Shown here: piece after piece, positions 27,120 to 35,461 of the stretch
Layout: each line of letters begins with the position of its first letter
Position numbering within the stretch: the stretch's first letter is position 1
Virus record (IMG/VR): IMGVR_UViG_3300035183_000733
Coordinates: 186,001-250,000 of that record
DNA: 64,000 nucleotides
Strand: one strand, 5' to 3'
Made by a program: the position numbers and the translations under genes
The notes under the pieces: model-generated
The model's database searches: none
What the model was told of the DNA's origin: nothing
What the model saw: the letters and a program-made list of their open reading frames with translations, nothing else

Positions 27120-27235
27120 CACTCTCTGGCGGGATTCGGACAACAGTCATTTCCTACTGCGCCAGTATCGAGGACTCCCACCTCGGACCGTATTCCCTAC
27201 AGTGCCTTGCCTCCGTCGGCCATCGGCCTCGAGTG
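27120..27235 (-). ncRNA. Unidentified structured RNA between the two Asp tRNAs
   Basis: CACTC/GAGTG closure; hairpins CTGTA/TACGG, CGAGG/CCTCG, CTGGCG/CGCCAG with nested CAGT/ACTG. Confidence 0.35.
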
Positions 27236-27238
27236 TTG

Positions 27239-27315
27239 CGGTCTATGTCGGGATCGAACCGACCTGAATCTCCCGCGTGACAGGCGGGCGGCCACACCCT
27301 GCAGCCCCATAGACC
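27239..27315 (-). tRNA. tRNA-Asp(GTC), first gene of the operon
   Basis: CCCGC-CTGTCAC-GCGGG; G73; acceptor GGTCTAT/ATAGACC. Confidence 0.9.
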
Positions 27316-27321
27316 ATAAAT

Positions 27322-27349
27322 AAAAAAGCCCTGAATTTCTTCAGGGCTT
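27322..27349 (-). terminator. Attenuator terminator immediately upstream of the tRNA operon
   Basis: AAGCCCTGAA-GAAA-TTCAGGGC followed by T6, ending 6 nt before tRNA-Asp. Confidence 0.85.
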
Positions 27350-27402
27350 GTTAAGTATCGCGTGAATAAAATATCTTATCGCATCGTTAGCTCAACAAGC
27401 CC
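27344..27402 (-). promoter_or_regulatory. Antiterminator helix
   Basis: GGGCTTGTTGAG (27402-27391) pairs over 12 bp (one G-U) with CTTAACAAGCCC (27355-27344), which includes the terminator 5' arm. Confidence 0.8.
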
Positions 27403-27468
27403 AATGTTATCCTCTTCCGCGCAATCCGCAGCAGTAAGCATAAACAGGTATGTCGAGTTAGTTTTCAT
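27376..27468 (-). CDS. Leader peptide MKTNSTYLFMLTAADCAEEDNIGLVELTMR (30 aa) of the tRNA-operon attenuator
   Basis: Manual translation; control block GCT GCG GAT TGC GCG GAA GAG GAT at 27432-27409; below the ORF-track cutoff. Confidence 0.8.
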   Translation of the reverse strand: MKTNSTYLFMLTAADCAEEDNIGLVELTMR

Positions 27469-27482
27469 TGCTTGTTATATTC

Positions 27483-27490
27483 TATATATC
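27483..27490 (-). promoter_or_regulatory. GATATATA putative late promoter for the leader/tRNA operon
   Basis: Exact octamer 14 nt upstream of the leader ATG. Confidence 0.6.
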
Positions 27491-27578
27491 TTTTTGTTTC
27501 GTAATTGTACTGCAAATAAAGAACTTTTTCTGATACGTCCGACGAAGGCCCCCATAAATTTTTCCAGCGGGTCCTGGG

Positions 27579-27586
27579 GATATATA
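27579..27586 (+). promoter_or_regulatory. GATATATA putative late promoter for the lysin-like gene (divergent)
   Basis: Exact octamer 20 nt upstream of the ATG at 27607. Confidence 0.6.
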
Positions 27587-27606
27587 CCAAAACAACACCA
27601 AATTAC

Positions 27607-28338
27607 ATGAAAATAGACATACCAGCAATCCAGAAGGTTTTCCAGGCCAAATCATACACGTGGGACCCGCAGATCAACCTCGTCGGCGTGAGGACCACTC
27701 TACAGGTGGCGGACGTGTTCAACGACCTTATGTGCACCGTGTGGCGCCAGGAGGTCATGCCCGATGGATTGACTCCTGCGGAAAAACAGAACTGGCTGAA
27801 CATTAACCTGTTCGTCGGCAGCGACCTCAAGCCGCTGAAGGTGGACGGGGACTTCGGACCGAAGTCGCAGTATGCGATGGAACAGTACCTGCTCGTGGCG
27901 GGTAAGATGAGAATGAAATCGTACGTCATAACGACGGACCCGGGAATATACTGGCTTAACAACCCGATGAGCAAGCTCGGCACGGCCGTGCTCAAGCCGG
28001 GACAGTACGTGAACAGCCACGCCATTGGATTCCACCAGAACAAGCCGGAGCACAGGGCTCTCGTGCAGGTTGGGAAGGTCACGGTTTACCGCGACGGGGA
28101 CAAGGACGGCGTCGCAGAGGCGTCGGCCACTACGGAGACCGGACTGTTCGGCATCAATATCCACGGGGCCAACAAGGGGATGATCTCTTACAACATCGGG
28201 AAGTGGAGCGCAGGGTGCCAGGTATTCCAGAACTGGTTTCACAAGGAGGAGTTCCTCGGCATCTGCGACAAGTTCAGGGTGACGAAGGGCAACAAATTCA
28301 CGTATACGCTCATCGAGGAGAAAGACCTCGCAGCATAA
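27607..28338 (+). CDS. Putative endolysin/cell-wall enzyme: peptidoglycan-binding insert plus YkuD-like catalytic motif
   Basis: LKVDGDFGPKS PG-binding motif; GINIHGA...WSAGCQV. Confidence 0.6.
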   Translation: MKIDIPAIQKVFQAKSYTWDPQINLVGVRTTLQVADVFNDLMCTVWRQEVMPDGLTPAEKQNWLNINLFVGSDLKPLKVDGDFGPKSQYAMEQYLLVAGKMRMKSYVITTDPGIYWLNNPMSKLGTAVLKPGQYVNSHAIGFHQNKPEHRALVQVGKVTVYRDGDKDGVAEASATTETGLFGINIHGANKGMISYNIGKWSAGCQVFQNWFHKEEFLGICDKFRVTKGNKFTYTLIEEKDLAA

Positions 28339-28438
28339 ACTCATCTTTAGTGTGTCGGAGTCCAAGTTTCATATAAGTTTCATATTTACTGACTTCCTTT
28401 TTCTGAGTTACAAACCTGACACATAGGCTGATAGTTAT

Positions 28439-28702
28439 CTATGTGGTCCGGACCGCTGAGTATCCTCGGCTTGATATGATCCTTTCCTTCTTCGTAAGCC
28501 CCCGCTCCTTGGCGAAGAACTTGCCCTCTTCAGCTCGAACTTGTAGCGGTCGGACCCGAGCTTTATGGGACGCCGTCGAACACTGCCACGTCCTTCTTGG
28601 TGTGGTGCATCTCGACGAGCGCGCAGCAGGGCGTCGACCGGGTACCGGATGTATAGTTGCCAAATAGCACCCGAGCTCGTGCAGCTCGTATGTTTTATTC
28701 AT
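28439..28702 (-). pseudogene. Probable gene with several frameshifts
   Basis: Coding-like segments alternate among frames (YIRYPVDALL; LVEMHHTKKDVAVFDG; IKLGSDRYKFELK; EGKFFAKERG). Confidence 0.35.
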
Positions 28703-28815
28703 AAATTCTTTATTCTAAATTTTTTGGTTCCGTAAACGAACATGCTGTCGTTGCGAACGGGAGTCCACTCCGGACAATATTGTACGCACACATGCTCTGC
28801 ACCCTTGGGACGCAT

Positions 28816-28850
28816 AAAGGCCTGGTTATCTTATTGATAACCAGGCCTTT
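28816..28850. terminator. 15-bp perfect hairpin, likely terminator
   Basis: AAAGGCCTGGTTATC / GATAACCAGGCCTTT. Confidence 0.6.
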
Positions 28851-28884
28851 CCAATAAAGTTTCTAACAGCTTACTGTTTGGGCT

Positions 28885-28922
28885 GCGTTTCAATGATGTT
28901 TTAGCGTTTCAATGATGTTTTA
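28885..28922. repeat. 19-bp tandem duplication
   Basis: GCGTTTCAATGATGTTTTA x2, inside a short minus-strand ORF starting at 29002. Confidence 0.85.
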
Positions 28923-29001
28923 GTGACACCGGCCTTGACATGCTTACCAACATCGTCCATGTTCTTGAATCCCGGGTACTCGTACAACAGTATCTTGGCC
29001 A

Positions 29002-29517
29002 TCAGAACAGCTTCTTAATCTTCTTGGCCATAGCCTTAGCCACAAGCTCTTCCTTATCGAGTATGTCCGCCATCTGCTGTTTGGTGTCGGCATCTTTTAT
29101 GGTCTCATAGAACTCGGTCAGCGCGAAGTAGTTTATTATCGGCGAGCACAAGCTCCTAAGAGAGCTTATCATGGCGTACAGGTACTCCTTCTCCTGCTTG
29201 TGATTAGCCTTGGTGAAGTGCTGCAGGTTTGCATACACGTCGGAGCCGTTGGCCGCCTTAGCATGGCACAGTCCGCCCGTGCTCGGCTTTATTATTCGTA
29301 GCAGCTCTCCCGCGGGAACCTCTTCGTTGGTCTTGCCGGTCTGGTCGTGGTAGTGGTGCACAACGTCGCCCATCGGCACGTAAACCGATATGGTTCCCTC
29401 GCGTATGGTGTCCTTCCTCTCGAGGTCCGCTATAATTGTGTCCATCAGCTCACCTGGACCTATAGTCACTGCGAGCGTGTTCTTCAATTCTTCAATTGAG
29501 TAGTATGCTGCTTTCAT
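29002..29517 (-). CDS. Hypothetical protein
   Basis: 171-aa ORF. Confidence 0.6.
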   Translation of the reverse strand: MKAAYYSIEELKNTLAVTIGPGELMDTIIADLERKDTIREGTISVYVPMGDVVHHYHDQTGKTNEEVPAGELLRIIKPSTGGLCHAKAANGSDVYANLQHFTKANHKQEKEYLYAMISSLRSLCSPIINYFALTEFYETIKDADTKQQMADILDKEELVAKAMAKKIKKLF

Positions 29518-29527
29518 GTTACTAAAT

Positions 29528-29995
29528 TTACAACAAATATTTTAAAACGGTGTCCCAATTCGGAAACCTCTCTGTGCCAAAATGGATATGCTCACCATTG
29601 AACCTGTCGACGCCGTACTTTATACGGTCGTCAATCAACGCCCTGCCGGTGAACTGTCCCTTGTCGTGTGTCTGCGTTAACTTTTTATACACGGAGTCTC
29701 CGAGATACTTAACACACCACTGTTGCTTCTCGCCCCAACTGTGTGGATTGTCCCAGCTCGGGGCCGTGAGTATCTCGACGTGGTACTTGCTCCTCAGTGC
29801 GTGGTACGCCTCAATTGCGCCGTCTATCGGCTTCAGCGAGTAGTAGAACCCCTTGATCAGCTGACAGTCGTCAATCATCTTCTTGCGCTCTGGCGTATCC
29901 TCCGGCGGGAGTTCCTGCCCGAGGACCTCAATAGCTCTGCCGAGGAAGTCGCACATCACCCCGTCCATGTCTATGTAAATCTTTTCTAACATCAT
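29528..29995 (-). CDS. 5'(3')-deoxyribonucleotidase (NT5C, HAD family)
   Basis: IYIDMDGV, ILTAP, EKQQWC, LIDDR. Confidence 0.8.
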   Translation of the reverse strand: MMLEKIYIDMDGVMCDFLGRAIEVLGQELPPEDTPERKKMIDDCQLIKGFYYSLKPIDGAIEAYHALRSKYHVEILTAPSWDNPHSWGEKQQWCVKYLGDSVYKKLTQTHDKGQFTGRALIDDRIKYGVDRFNGEHIHFGTERFPNWDTVLKYLL

Positions 29996-30255
29996 GCTGT
30001 CCCCGTTCCTTCGATGTTAAACTTCGATTTCGCCTGGTTCTCCTCCGGCATCCCTGGTATTGACTTGTAGATGAAGCTCGGGACTTTGTTACATGCGCAA
30101 CAAACGAATACAGGCACAGGCACGTGCTGGTCCTCGCGCTGCCCGGTCCGCAGACCAGACACTCGCTTGAACATCATCTTCTCAACAAATATAGTCCCGC
30201 CACAATCGCACTGTTGCCATGGCTGGTCGCTTAGCTTTACTTTTGGTGTATCCAT
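29992..30255 (-). CDS. Small zinc-ribbon protein
   Basis: CDCGG...CCACN. Confidence 0.55.
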   Translation of the reverse strand: MDTPKVKLSDQPWQQCDCGGTIFVEKMMFKRVSGLRTGQREDQHVPVPVFVCCACNKVPSFIYKSIPGMPEENQAKSKFNIEGTGTA

Positions 30256-30257
30256 AA

Positions 30258-30527
30258 TTATTTCTTTTTAAAATATACACAGCCGAAGGTCTTGGAGTTG
30301 AACTCAACGTCTCTAAGCTCCGGCAAATTCTTGTTCCCGCATTTGCCCCAATCACTCTGATCCTGCTCAAACAAGCTGTGGTTGTCAACGAGCGTCTTGA
30401 TCTCATCCTCTGATAGAGTCGGATGCTTCGTCTTGACAAAGTCGTACCGGTCCTTCCACCCGAGCTTTGGACTCTTGTGGAACTTAAAGTACTTGCACTC
30501 GTGACACCTGTTGGTAATCGTGTCCAT
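30258..30527 (-). CDS. Small Cys-rich hypothetical protein
   Basis: CHEC...C...FGC; start moved to MDTIT. Confidence 0.5.
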   Translation of the reverse strand: MDTITNRCHECKYFKFHKSPKLGWKDRYDFVKTKHPTLSEDEIKTLVDNHSLFEQDQSDWGKCGNKNLPELRDVEFNSKTFGCVYFKKK

Positions 30528-30540
30528 CGGAAATCTTTGT

Positions 30541-31197
30541 TTAACTTGGTTTGTACTTTTTGAGCACCTCCGCAAATTTGTCTGCTATCTTCCAGTCGTA
30601 TTCTCCGGTCGACAAATAAGCTTGCGTCTCGTCCTTCCACACTTTCTTGGCATACCCAAGTTTCTTTAGGTAATCAAACATCTCGGCCTTCTCGTTCCCT
30701 GGCATCTTCTTAACGAGCGAATCCATCTCTTTGCGGTATGACTCGTTGAGGTAGTACAGTCCGTGCGCTATCTCGTGGTCTATGATGTCCCACTGTCCCT
30801 TTACAGCACCTATGAGATAGAACTTGCCTGCATTGCTCGAAGCGTAGGTCTTGCGACGCGAAGACAACTTTGTCTTTATGCTCGACACAATATTGCGCAT
30901 CTCGAGGTCGTACTTGTTGAAGTCGGGTATTCTATGCGACACATCATTGATGACCCAATCCGGAACGTTAAACCCGGCCCAATCCGACGGATACGTGAAC
31001 ACCCCTTCGTGCTTGCTCGCGTACCACTCCATAAAATCTACCAGAGTGAACATCTTCCCCTTGAATTTGGGGTTGGCAGACTCGTAGTACTCTTGGTACC
31101 TAAGGAACAGCATGGCGAGATCGTACTGGCTGTCGAACTCAGCCAGAAAGATTGCGTTGCAGTCAACCCAGATTATGTCCCTCAGTTTGTACTTCAT
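30541..31197 (-). CDS. Hypothetical protein (possible HEXXH metalloprotein)
   Basis: IDHEIAHGLYY. Confidence 0.55.
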   Translation of the reverse strand: MKYKLRDIIWVDCNAIFLAEFDSQYDLAMLFLRYQEYYESANPKFKGKMFTLVDFMEWYASKHEGVFTYPSDWAGFNVPDWVINDVSHRIPDFNKYDLEMRNIVSSIKTKLSSRRKTYASSNAGKFYLIGAVKGQWDIIDHEIAHGLYYLNESYRKEMDSLVKKMPGNEKAEMFDYLKKLGYAKKVWKDETQAYLSTGEYDWKIADKFAEVLKKYKPS

Positions 31198-31826
31198 TTG
31201 TCCTCTATGTTCGTCTCGTAGTCCTTGTCAAACTGCTCCTTGCCTATCTCGTTTATCAGCTCGTGCTTCCACTCCTCGTCGCTCGTCCAGAACCTCTTGA
31301 TGTCGTCAATTATGAACCTCCAGTCTACGAAGTCTATGTACAGGTCGTTGAGCTCGTGTTTCAGCATCTTAAGGTTGTCGCTGCCGCCCGTTGTAGATAT
31401 TAGAAGCTCGTTCAAAGATCCGAGCTTGTTCATCTCCACGAGCTGGCGCACCGCCCTTTCCGGGAGCATGTTGAAATTATTCACATACACGAGGTCAGCC
31501 TTCACTATGCCTATGGACATGAGCACATACGAGCCGTTGTCCATTATTATCATGTCATCGTCGAAGCTCGCCACCCGGTGCACAAGGTCATCGCGCTGTA
31601 TTATCTGCTTCATCATCGCTATGAGCTCCGTATCGTTGTACGCGCACGCACCAAAATAAGGTGTCCTCAACATCCTCTCGAGTATCAGGTGGCTCGCGGT
31701 GTAGGTCTTGCCCGCCCTGCGGCACCAATACATCCCCATCAAGCGGCGACGCTTAGTCATGTTCAAGAAGTGCTGCTGCCAGGTCTTGAACCTGTGTGGC
31801 CACTTAGATGATTGGGAGAACTCCAT
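31194..31826 (-). CDS. Terminase-large-subunit-like ATPase fragment, degenerate
   Basis: YWCRRAGKT Walker A; Walker B replaced by LVYVNN; no nuclease domain. Confidence 0.5.
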   Translation of the reverse strand: MEFSQSSKWPHRFKTWQQHFLNMTKRRRLMGMYWCRRAGKTYTASHLILERMLRTPYFGACAYNDTELIAMMKQIIQRDDLVHRVASFDDDMIIMDNGSYVLMSIGIVKADLVYVNNFNMLPERAVRQLVEMNKLGSLNELLISTTGGSDNLKMLKHELNDLYIDFVDWRFIIDDIKRFWTSDEEWKHELINEIGKEQFDKDYETNIEDK

Positions 31827-31859
31827 TTTTATTTTACGTAAATAGTTCGTTATGTTCCG

Positions 31860-32765
31860 CTACCGGTGGGCCAACGCCATGAGAGACAGCTCGTCATGTA
31901 TAGAATCGACCTGCTTGACCGTATCGTACGTACTGTAGTTATTTATCACAGCATCCGAAGTTCGCATTTTAAGCCTCGGGTTCAACTGGTTCTTCATGCG
32001 GGCCTCCTGCTGCTCTGGCGTTAGCTTGGACCTTTCTATGACTCTCTGTATACGCACGTCCTCTGGGGCATGCACGTATATGATGTAGTCGAAGTAATCA
32101 AACCACCCGCACTCGAACAATATGGCGGACTCGCACAACGTGTAGGCAGTATCGGCGTGTTCCTCGACAAACTTGTCGTACTCCAGCTTCACGTGGGAGT
32201 ACAATACATCGCCAATTATCTTCCTGACGTGGTCTTGTGTGTCGCTCTCGAACATCATCACCTGCAGGGCGTCCCTGTTTACGGTTCCGTCCTCATTGTA
32301 AATATCGGGTGAAATCTGGTCCTTCAGCTCCTGCTTCACGGCGGGGTTCTCCGCCGTGAGCTTCTTGGATACCACGTCAGTCAGAAAGACAGGGACGCCG
32401 AGAGACGCAAATAACGCCGCGCAGTGGCTCTTGCCGCTGCCCATATCTCCGGTTATCGCCACCTTCATCGCCCGCATTTTTTGCAAAGATCCCCTGCTAA
32501 GGGTCTTTAATGTTTGATTGACAAGCGCCTCAAGCTCTGTCTTAGCCTCCTCCACAGTCATTTCGTCGAGTTTGAGATTGTTGAGGTTTATACTGAAGCT
32601 GCCGTGCCAGCCGCCTTCCGTCTTTGTTAGCACGGAGGAGATGGCGAAATCCGCAGAATATGATTCTACGGCGGATACAGGCTCTCTGAAACCGTAAGTC
32701 TCGAACTTCTTGGTTCCGTCCTCGTTGTGTGAGGAGTTGTCTTTAAACTTCTCTTTGAAATTCAT
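31860..32765 (-). CDS. coaE: Dephospho-CoA kinase with N-terminal extension
   Basis: AITGDMGSGKS, GTVNRDAL, ESAILFE, ARMKNQ. Confidence 0.8.
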   Translation of the reverse strand: MNFKEKFKDNSSHNEDGTKKFETYGFREPVSAVESYSADFAISSVLTKTEGGWHGSFSINLNNLKLDEMTVEEAKTELEALVNQTLKTLSRGSLQKMRAMKVAITGDMGSGKSHCAALFASLGVPVFLTDVVSKKLTAENPAVKQELKDQISPDIYNEDGTVNRDALQVMMFESDTQDHVRKIIGDVLYSHVKLEYDKFVEEHADTAYTLCESAILFECGWFDYFDYIIYVHAPEDVRIQRVIERSKLTPEQQEARMKNQLNPRLKMRTSDAVINNYSTYDTVKQVDSIHDELSLMALAHR

Positions 32766-33439
32766 CGGTGGTCGAACTCGTTTGTGTTAATGAATTCCAC
32801 AATGGCGTCGAGGTCCATGTGCGGGTTGTATATCTGTTTGCCCTTGTATGTGAACTGTTCGTTGCACTCGTGTTCCTCTGCGGTCTTCACCGCGTAATGG
32901 AGCGTTAGGAACAGCTCGTTCAGTCCGGATTCGTAGTTGTATATGAATTTCCGGCAATGTTGCTCCTCTACGACTTCGGGATTGTCGTTATCTGCCGCCT
33001 CGAAAATTATTTGCACCATCAGGCCGCCATCGCGCTCTTCGGTACGGACCTTCCAGTTCTTGTACTTGAATGACACGAGCATTATCGCAGTCCTCTCTTT
33101 ATCACCGAGCTCCGTGTCGAAAGTCATCTCCGTGAACGTATCGAGGTCGATGAATTGGGCGTGTTCGACTATGAACATCTCGATGAACATTACGGCCTTG
33201 TAAGCCGTGCGTACAACCTCGGTGTCTGTGGCGAACCTGGATATGTACCACTCCTTTATCGCCAGCGGTTTTTTGAACCTGAGTTCCACTCGCTCGACTT
33301 CAGTCAACGTCCCCATGTCAGGGATTACGGACAGGATGAAACCGCCAGAGCCCTCACGCACCTTAAACGTCCAGTTCTTGTACGATACATCAGCAAGCAA
33401 CTTGTTGATGCTGTCTATGTTCTTAACTATGCTGCTCAT
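32762..33439 (-). CDS. Hypothetical protein with an internal duplication
   Basis: YKNWTFKVRE / YKNWKVRTEE repeats. Confidence 0.6.
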   Translation of the reverse strand: MSSIVKNIDSINKLLADVSYKNWTFKVREGSGGFILSVIPDMGTLTEVERVELRFKKPLAIKEWYISRFATDTEVVRTAYKAVMFIEMFIVEHAQFIDLDTFTEMTFDTELGDKERTAIMLVSFKYKNWKVRTEERDGGLMVQIIFEAADNDNPEVVEEQHCRKFIYNYESGLNELFLTLHYAVKTAEEHECNEQFTYKGKQIYNPHMDLDAIVEFINTNEFDHR

Positions 33440-34613
33440 ATTCTAAGATTGGTTGAATTTTTCCTTCGAGTAAATTATCGAGATAGTCCCACATCTCCTT
33501 GTACTTGTCGCCGCTTCTGAGCTTATTCCTGAAGTCTGGCTGCTCCTTGCGGTAGCCGTCGATCATCTTACCATTCCTCAAGCCGTTAGTTACATTTGCT
33601 ATGCGGTCGCACAATTTCTTAAACTCACCGAACTCGAACTCGAGTAGGCCATCGTAATACTTCTTCCCGGCTCTCTGCTGTCTGTTCTTGTCCTTGTCGT
33701 TGCTCATGGCGTAAGCGCCGTCGGCAACGAACTCGCCAAACCGCTTCTTGACGTCGTTGTACGTTTTGCGGGTGTCCTCAATTACATCGTGGTTCCACAA
33801 CGCAGCCTTTACCAACCTGTGGTACTTGACCGGTATCAAATGAGAAAACTTATCAAAGACATCCAGCACATCAAACAAATGTTTTGAATACATGTGGTCG
33901 TCATAATCTTGAAGTACTGAGTTGTGCGCGCCTATGGCAAACACCATGGCTCGCTCGTCAACCGGGTATTTTTCGGGATTCACCTCCATGTCCGCTGTAC
34001 GCGAAGCGCTGTACTCAAACATTACGCGGGGTGCGAGCTTGACGCGATTCTCTATGAATTGCGCCGGCATTGTTATCGGTCTCGACGTGAAGCTCGACAT
34101 CACCATCAACCAATCGTTATCCGTGCGGTGTAAAATGTGGTAGAGTTCGCCGGTTCTTTTGTGAATGTAGTAGTTGCCTGCCTGCAGCTTGGAATCGTTG
34201 ATGAATTTTTGATATAATTCATAAGCGTCCTTGTTGTATCCAGGGTGAGATTTGGACATCCTAATGAACTCTGGCCAATCCATCCACTTGACACGGCCCG
34301 TCTCGTTGTTCTTGGTCGGCCACAAATGTGGATCGAAATAGTTATTGGGTGCGTAGTAATCGCAGACAAACAATCCGCATACGTACCCGTGCTCATCGGT
34401 TTGTTCGGTCAAGTACCTCGGATTGACCACGTGGAGTCCAGTCTCCTCATATACTTCGCGGCGGAGTGTGTCCTCAGGCGTCTCATTCGGTTCGGCCTTC
34501 CCTCCAGGAAATCCAAAATCGTACAGGTCGTTCTTCCTCGACACGGCCAGCACCTGACCATCCTTGTTGATGATTAGGGCCAGTGCAACTTTAGGTTTAT
34601 CATTATTCTCCAT
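33423..34613 (-). CDS. Nudix hydrolase fused to a RelA/SpoT-type HD hydrolase (Mesh1/SAH-like)
   Basis: GGKAEPNE....LRREVYEETGL; Y..HL..V, WNHDVIEDT, KLCDRIANV. Confidence 0.75.
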   Translation of the reverse strand: MENNDKPKVALALIINKDGQVLAVSRKNDLYDFGFPGGKAEPNETPEDTLRREVYEETGLHVVNPRYLTEQTDEHGYVCGLFVCDYYAPNNYFDPHLWPTKNNETGRVKWMDWPEFIRMSKSHPGYNKDAYELYQKFINDSKLQAGNYYIHKRTGELYHILHRTDNDWLMVMSSFTSRPITMPAQFIENRVKLAPRVMFEYSASRTADMEVNPEKYPVDERAMVFAIGAHNSVLQDYDDHMYSKHLFDVLDVFDKFSHLIPVKYHRLVKAALWNHDVIEDTRKTYNDVKKRFGEFVADGAYAMSNDKDKNRQQRAGKKYYDGLLEFEFGEFKKLCDRIANVTNGLRNGKMIDGYRKEQPDFRNKLRSGDKYKEMWDYLDNLLEGKIQPILEYEQHS

Positions 34614-34617
34614 GGTT

Positions 34618-34625
34618 CAAAGGTA
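34618..34625 (-). promoter_or_regulatory. Bacteroidota-type -7 promoter element TACCTTTG
   Basis: Exact TAnnTTTG 4 nt upstream of the ATG at 34613. Confidence 0.4.
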
Positions 34626-34650
34626 CGAATAAAAATTGATTAACGAAAAC

Positions 34651-35460
34651 TTAGGTCGCGGTAACTTCCACGAACTTGGATACCTTGGAACGATCAACGG
34701 AAAATATAGGGATCGTCTTGCTTGAAACCCAATGACTTCTGGTCGCCCCGTCCTTTTCGTAGTACTCTCTCTCCACTATGTGACCGCGTTGCAGAACCTC
34801 TGGCAGTTCGTGCCAGAGTATACCCCTTTCCGCGAGCATCTGTTTCATGGTCTCCACGTTCTTTTTGTTGAGTTCTTTGTGCGAGAATTCGGATTGTGCC
34901 AACGCCGAAACCGAGTTTCTTATGGCGTCCTGCTGCCTCCACACGAATACGTTGTTGACTTCGTCGAAAGGGACGCTCCACGCGCGAGCGTCGAATACTG
35001 CGAGCTTGCGTTTCGGCGCGTCACCTACCACCTCGGCGGCAAGTATCCGCGGGTTCCAGTACATCTTGTCCATGTAATCGTTGAAGTGCGCAGATGCCAT
35101 CGATGCGGACACTGACACTATCTTGTCGACCTTGCCCTTGAACCAGTGCTCCGCTTCTGGGTTCTGGTGCGTGGTCATCAGCAAGGAAATCTCGTCAGAC
35201 TGCATGTACGCAATCTTAACGTTCTGTATCTCCTCGCACAATTTTATAGTGGTGTAAAGCATAGCACCGGATATGTGCTCGTCGAACGGCTTCTCGAACC
35301 CGTTGGTGTATGTATGGAAGGCCTTGCCGTCTATTCTTATTATGGCGGGATAACCTTCCGAGAGCACCTTGCCAACGTTCTTCTCGTACCACTTCATCCT
35401 GTCGCCAAGCGACAATGCCCTCACCTCATCCTCGGTATATACGTCCCTTATGTTTATCAT
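34651..35460 (-). CDS. tRNA(His) guanylyltransferase Thg1-like 3'-5' polymerase
   Basis: IRIDGKAFHTYT, YMQSDEISL, FDARA, WRQQDAIRNS. Confidence 0.9.
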   Translation of the reverse strand: MINIRDVYTEDEVRALSLGDRMKWYEKNVGKVLSEGYPAIIRIDGKAFHTYTNGFEKPFDEHISGAMLYTTIKLCEEIQNVKIAYMQSDEISLLMTTHQNPEAEHWFKGKVDKIVSVSASMASAHFNDYMDKMYWNPRILAAEVVGDAPKRKLAVFDARAWSVPFDEVNNVFVWRQQDAIRNSVSALAQSEFSHKELNKKNVETMKQMLAERGILWHELPEVLQRGHIVEREYYEKDGATRSHWVSSKTIPIFSVDRSKVSKFVEVTAT

Positions 35461-35461
35461 A

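Noticed and set aside
28885-28922. 19-bp tandem repeat as a regulatory iteron
   Set aside because: Two copies only, inside a small ORF; best explained as a slippage duplication or assembly artefact.
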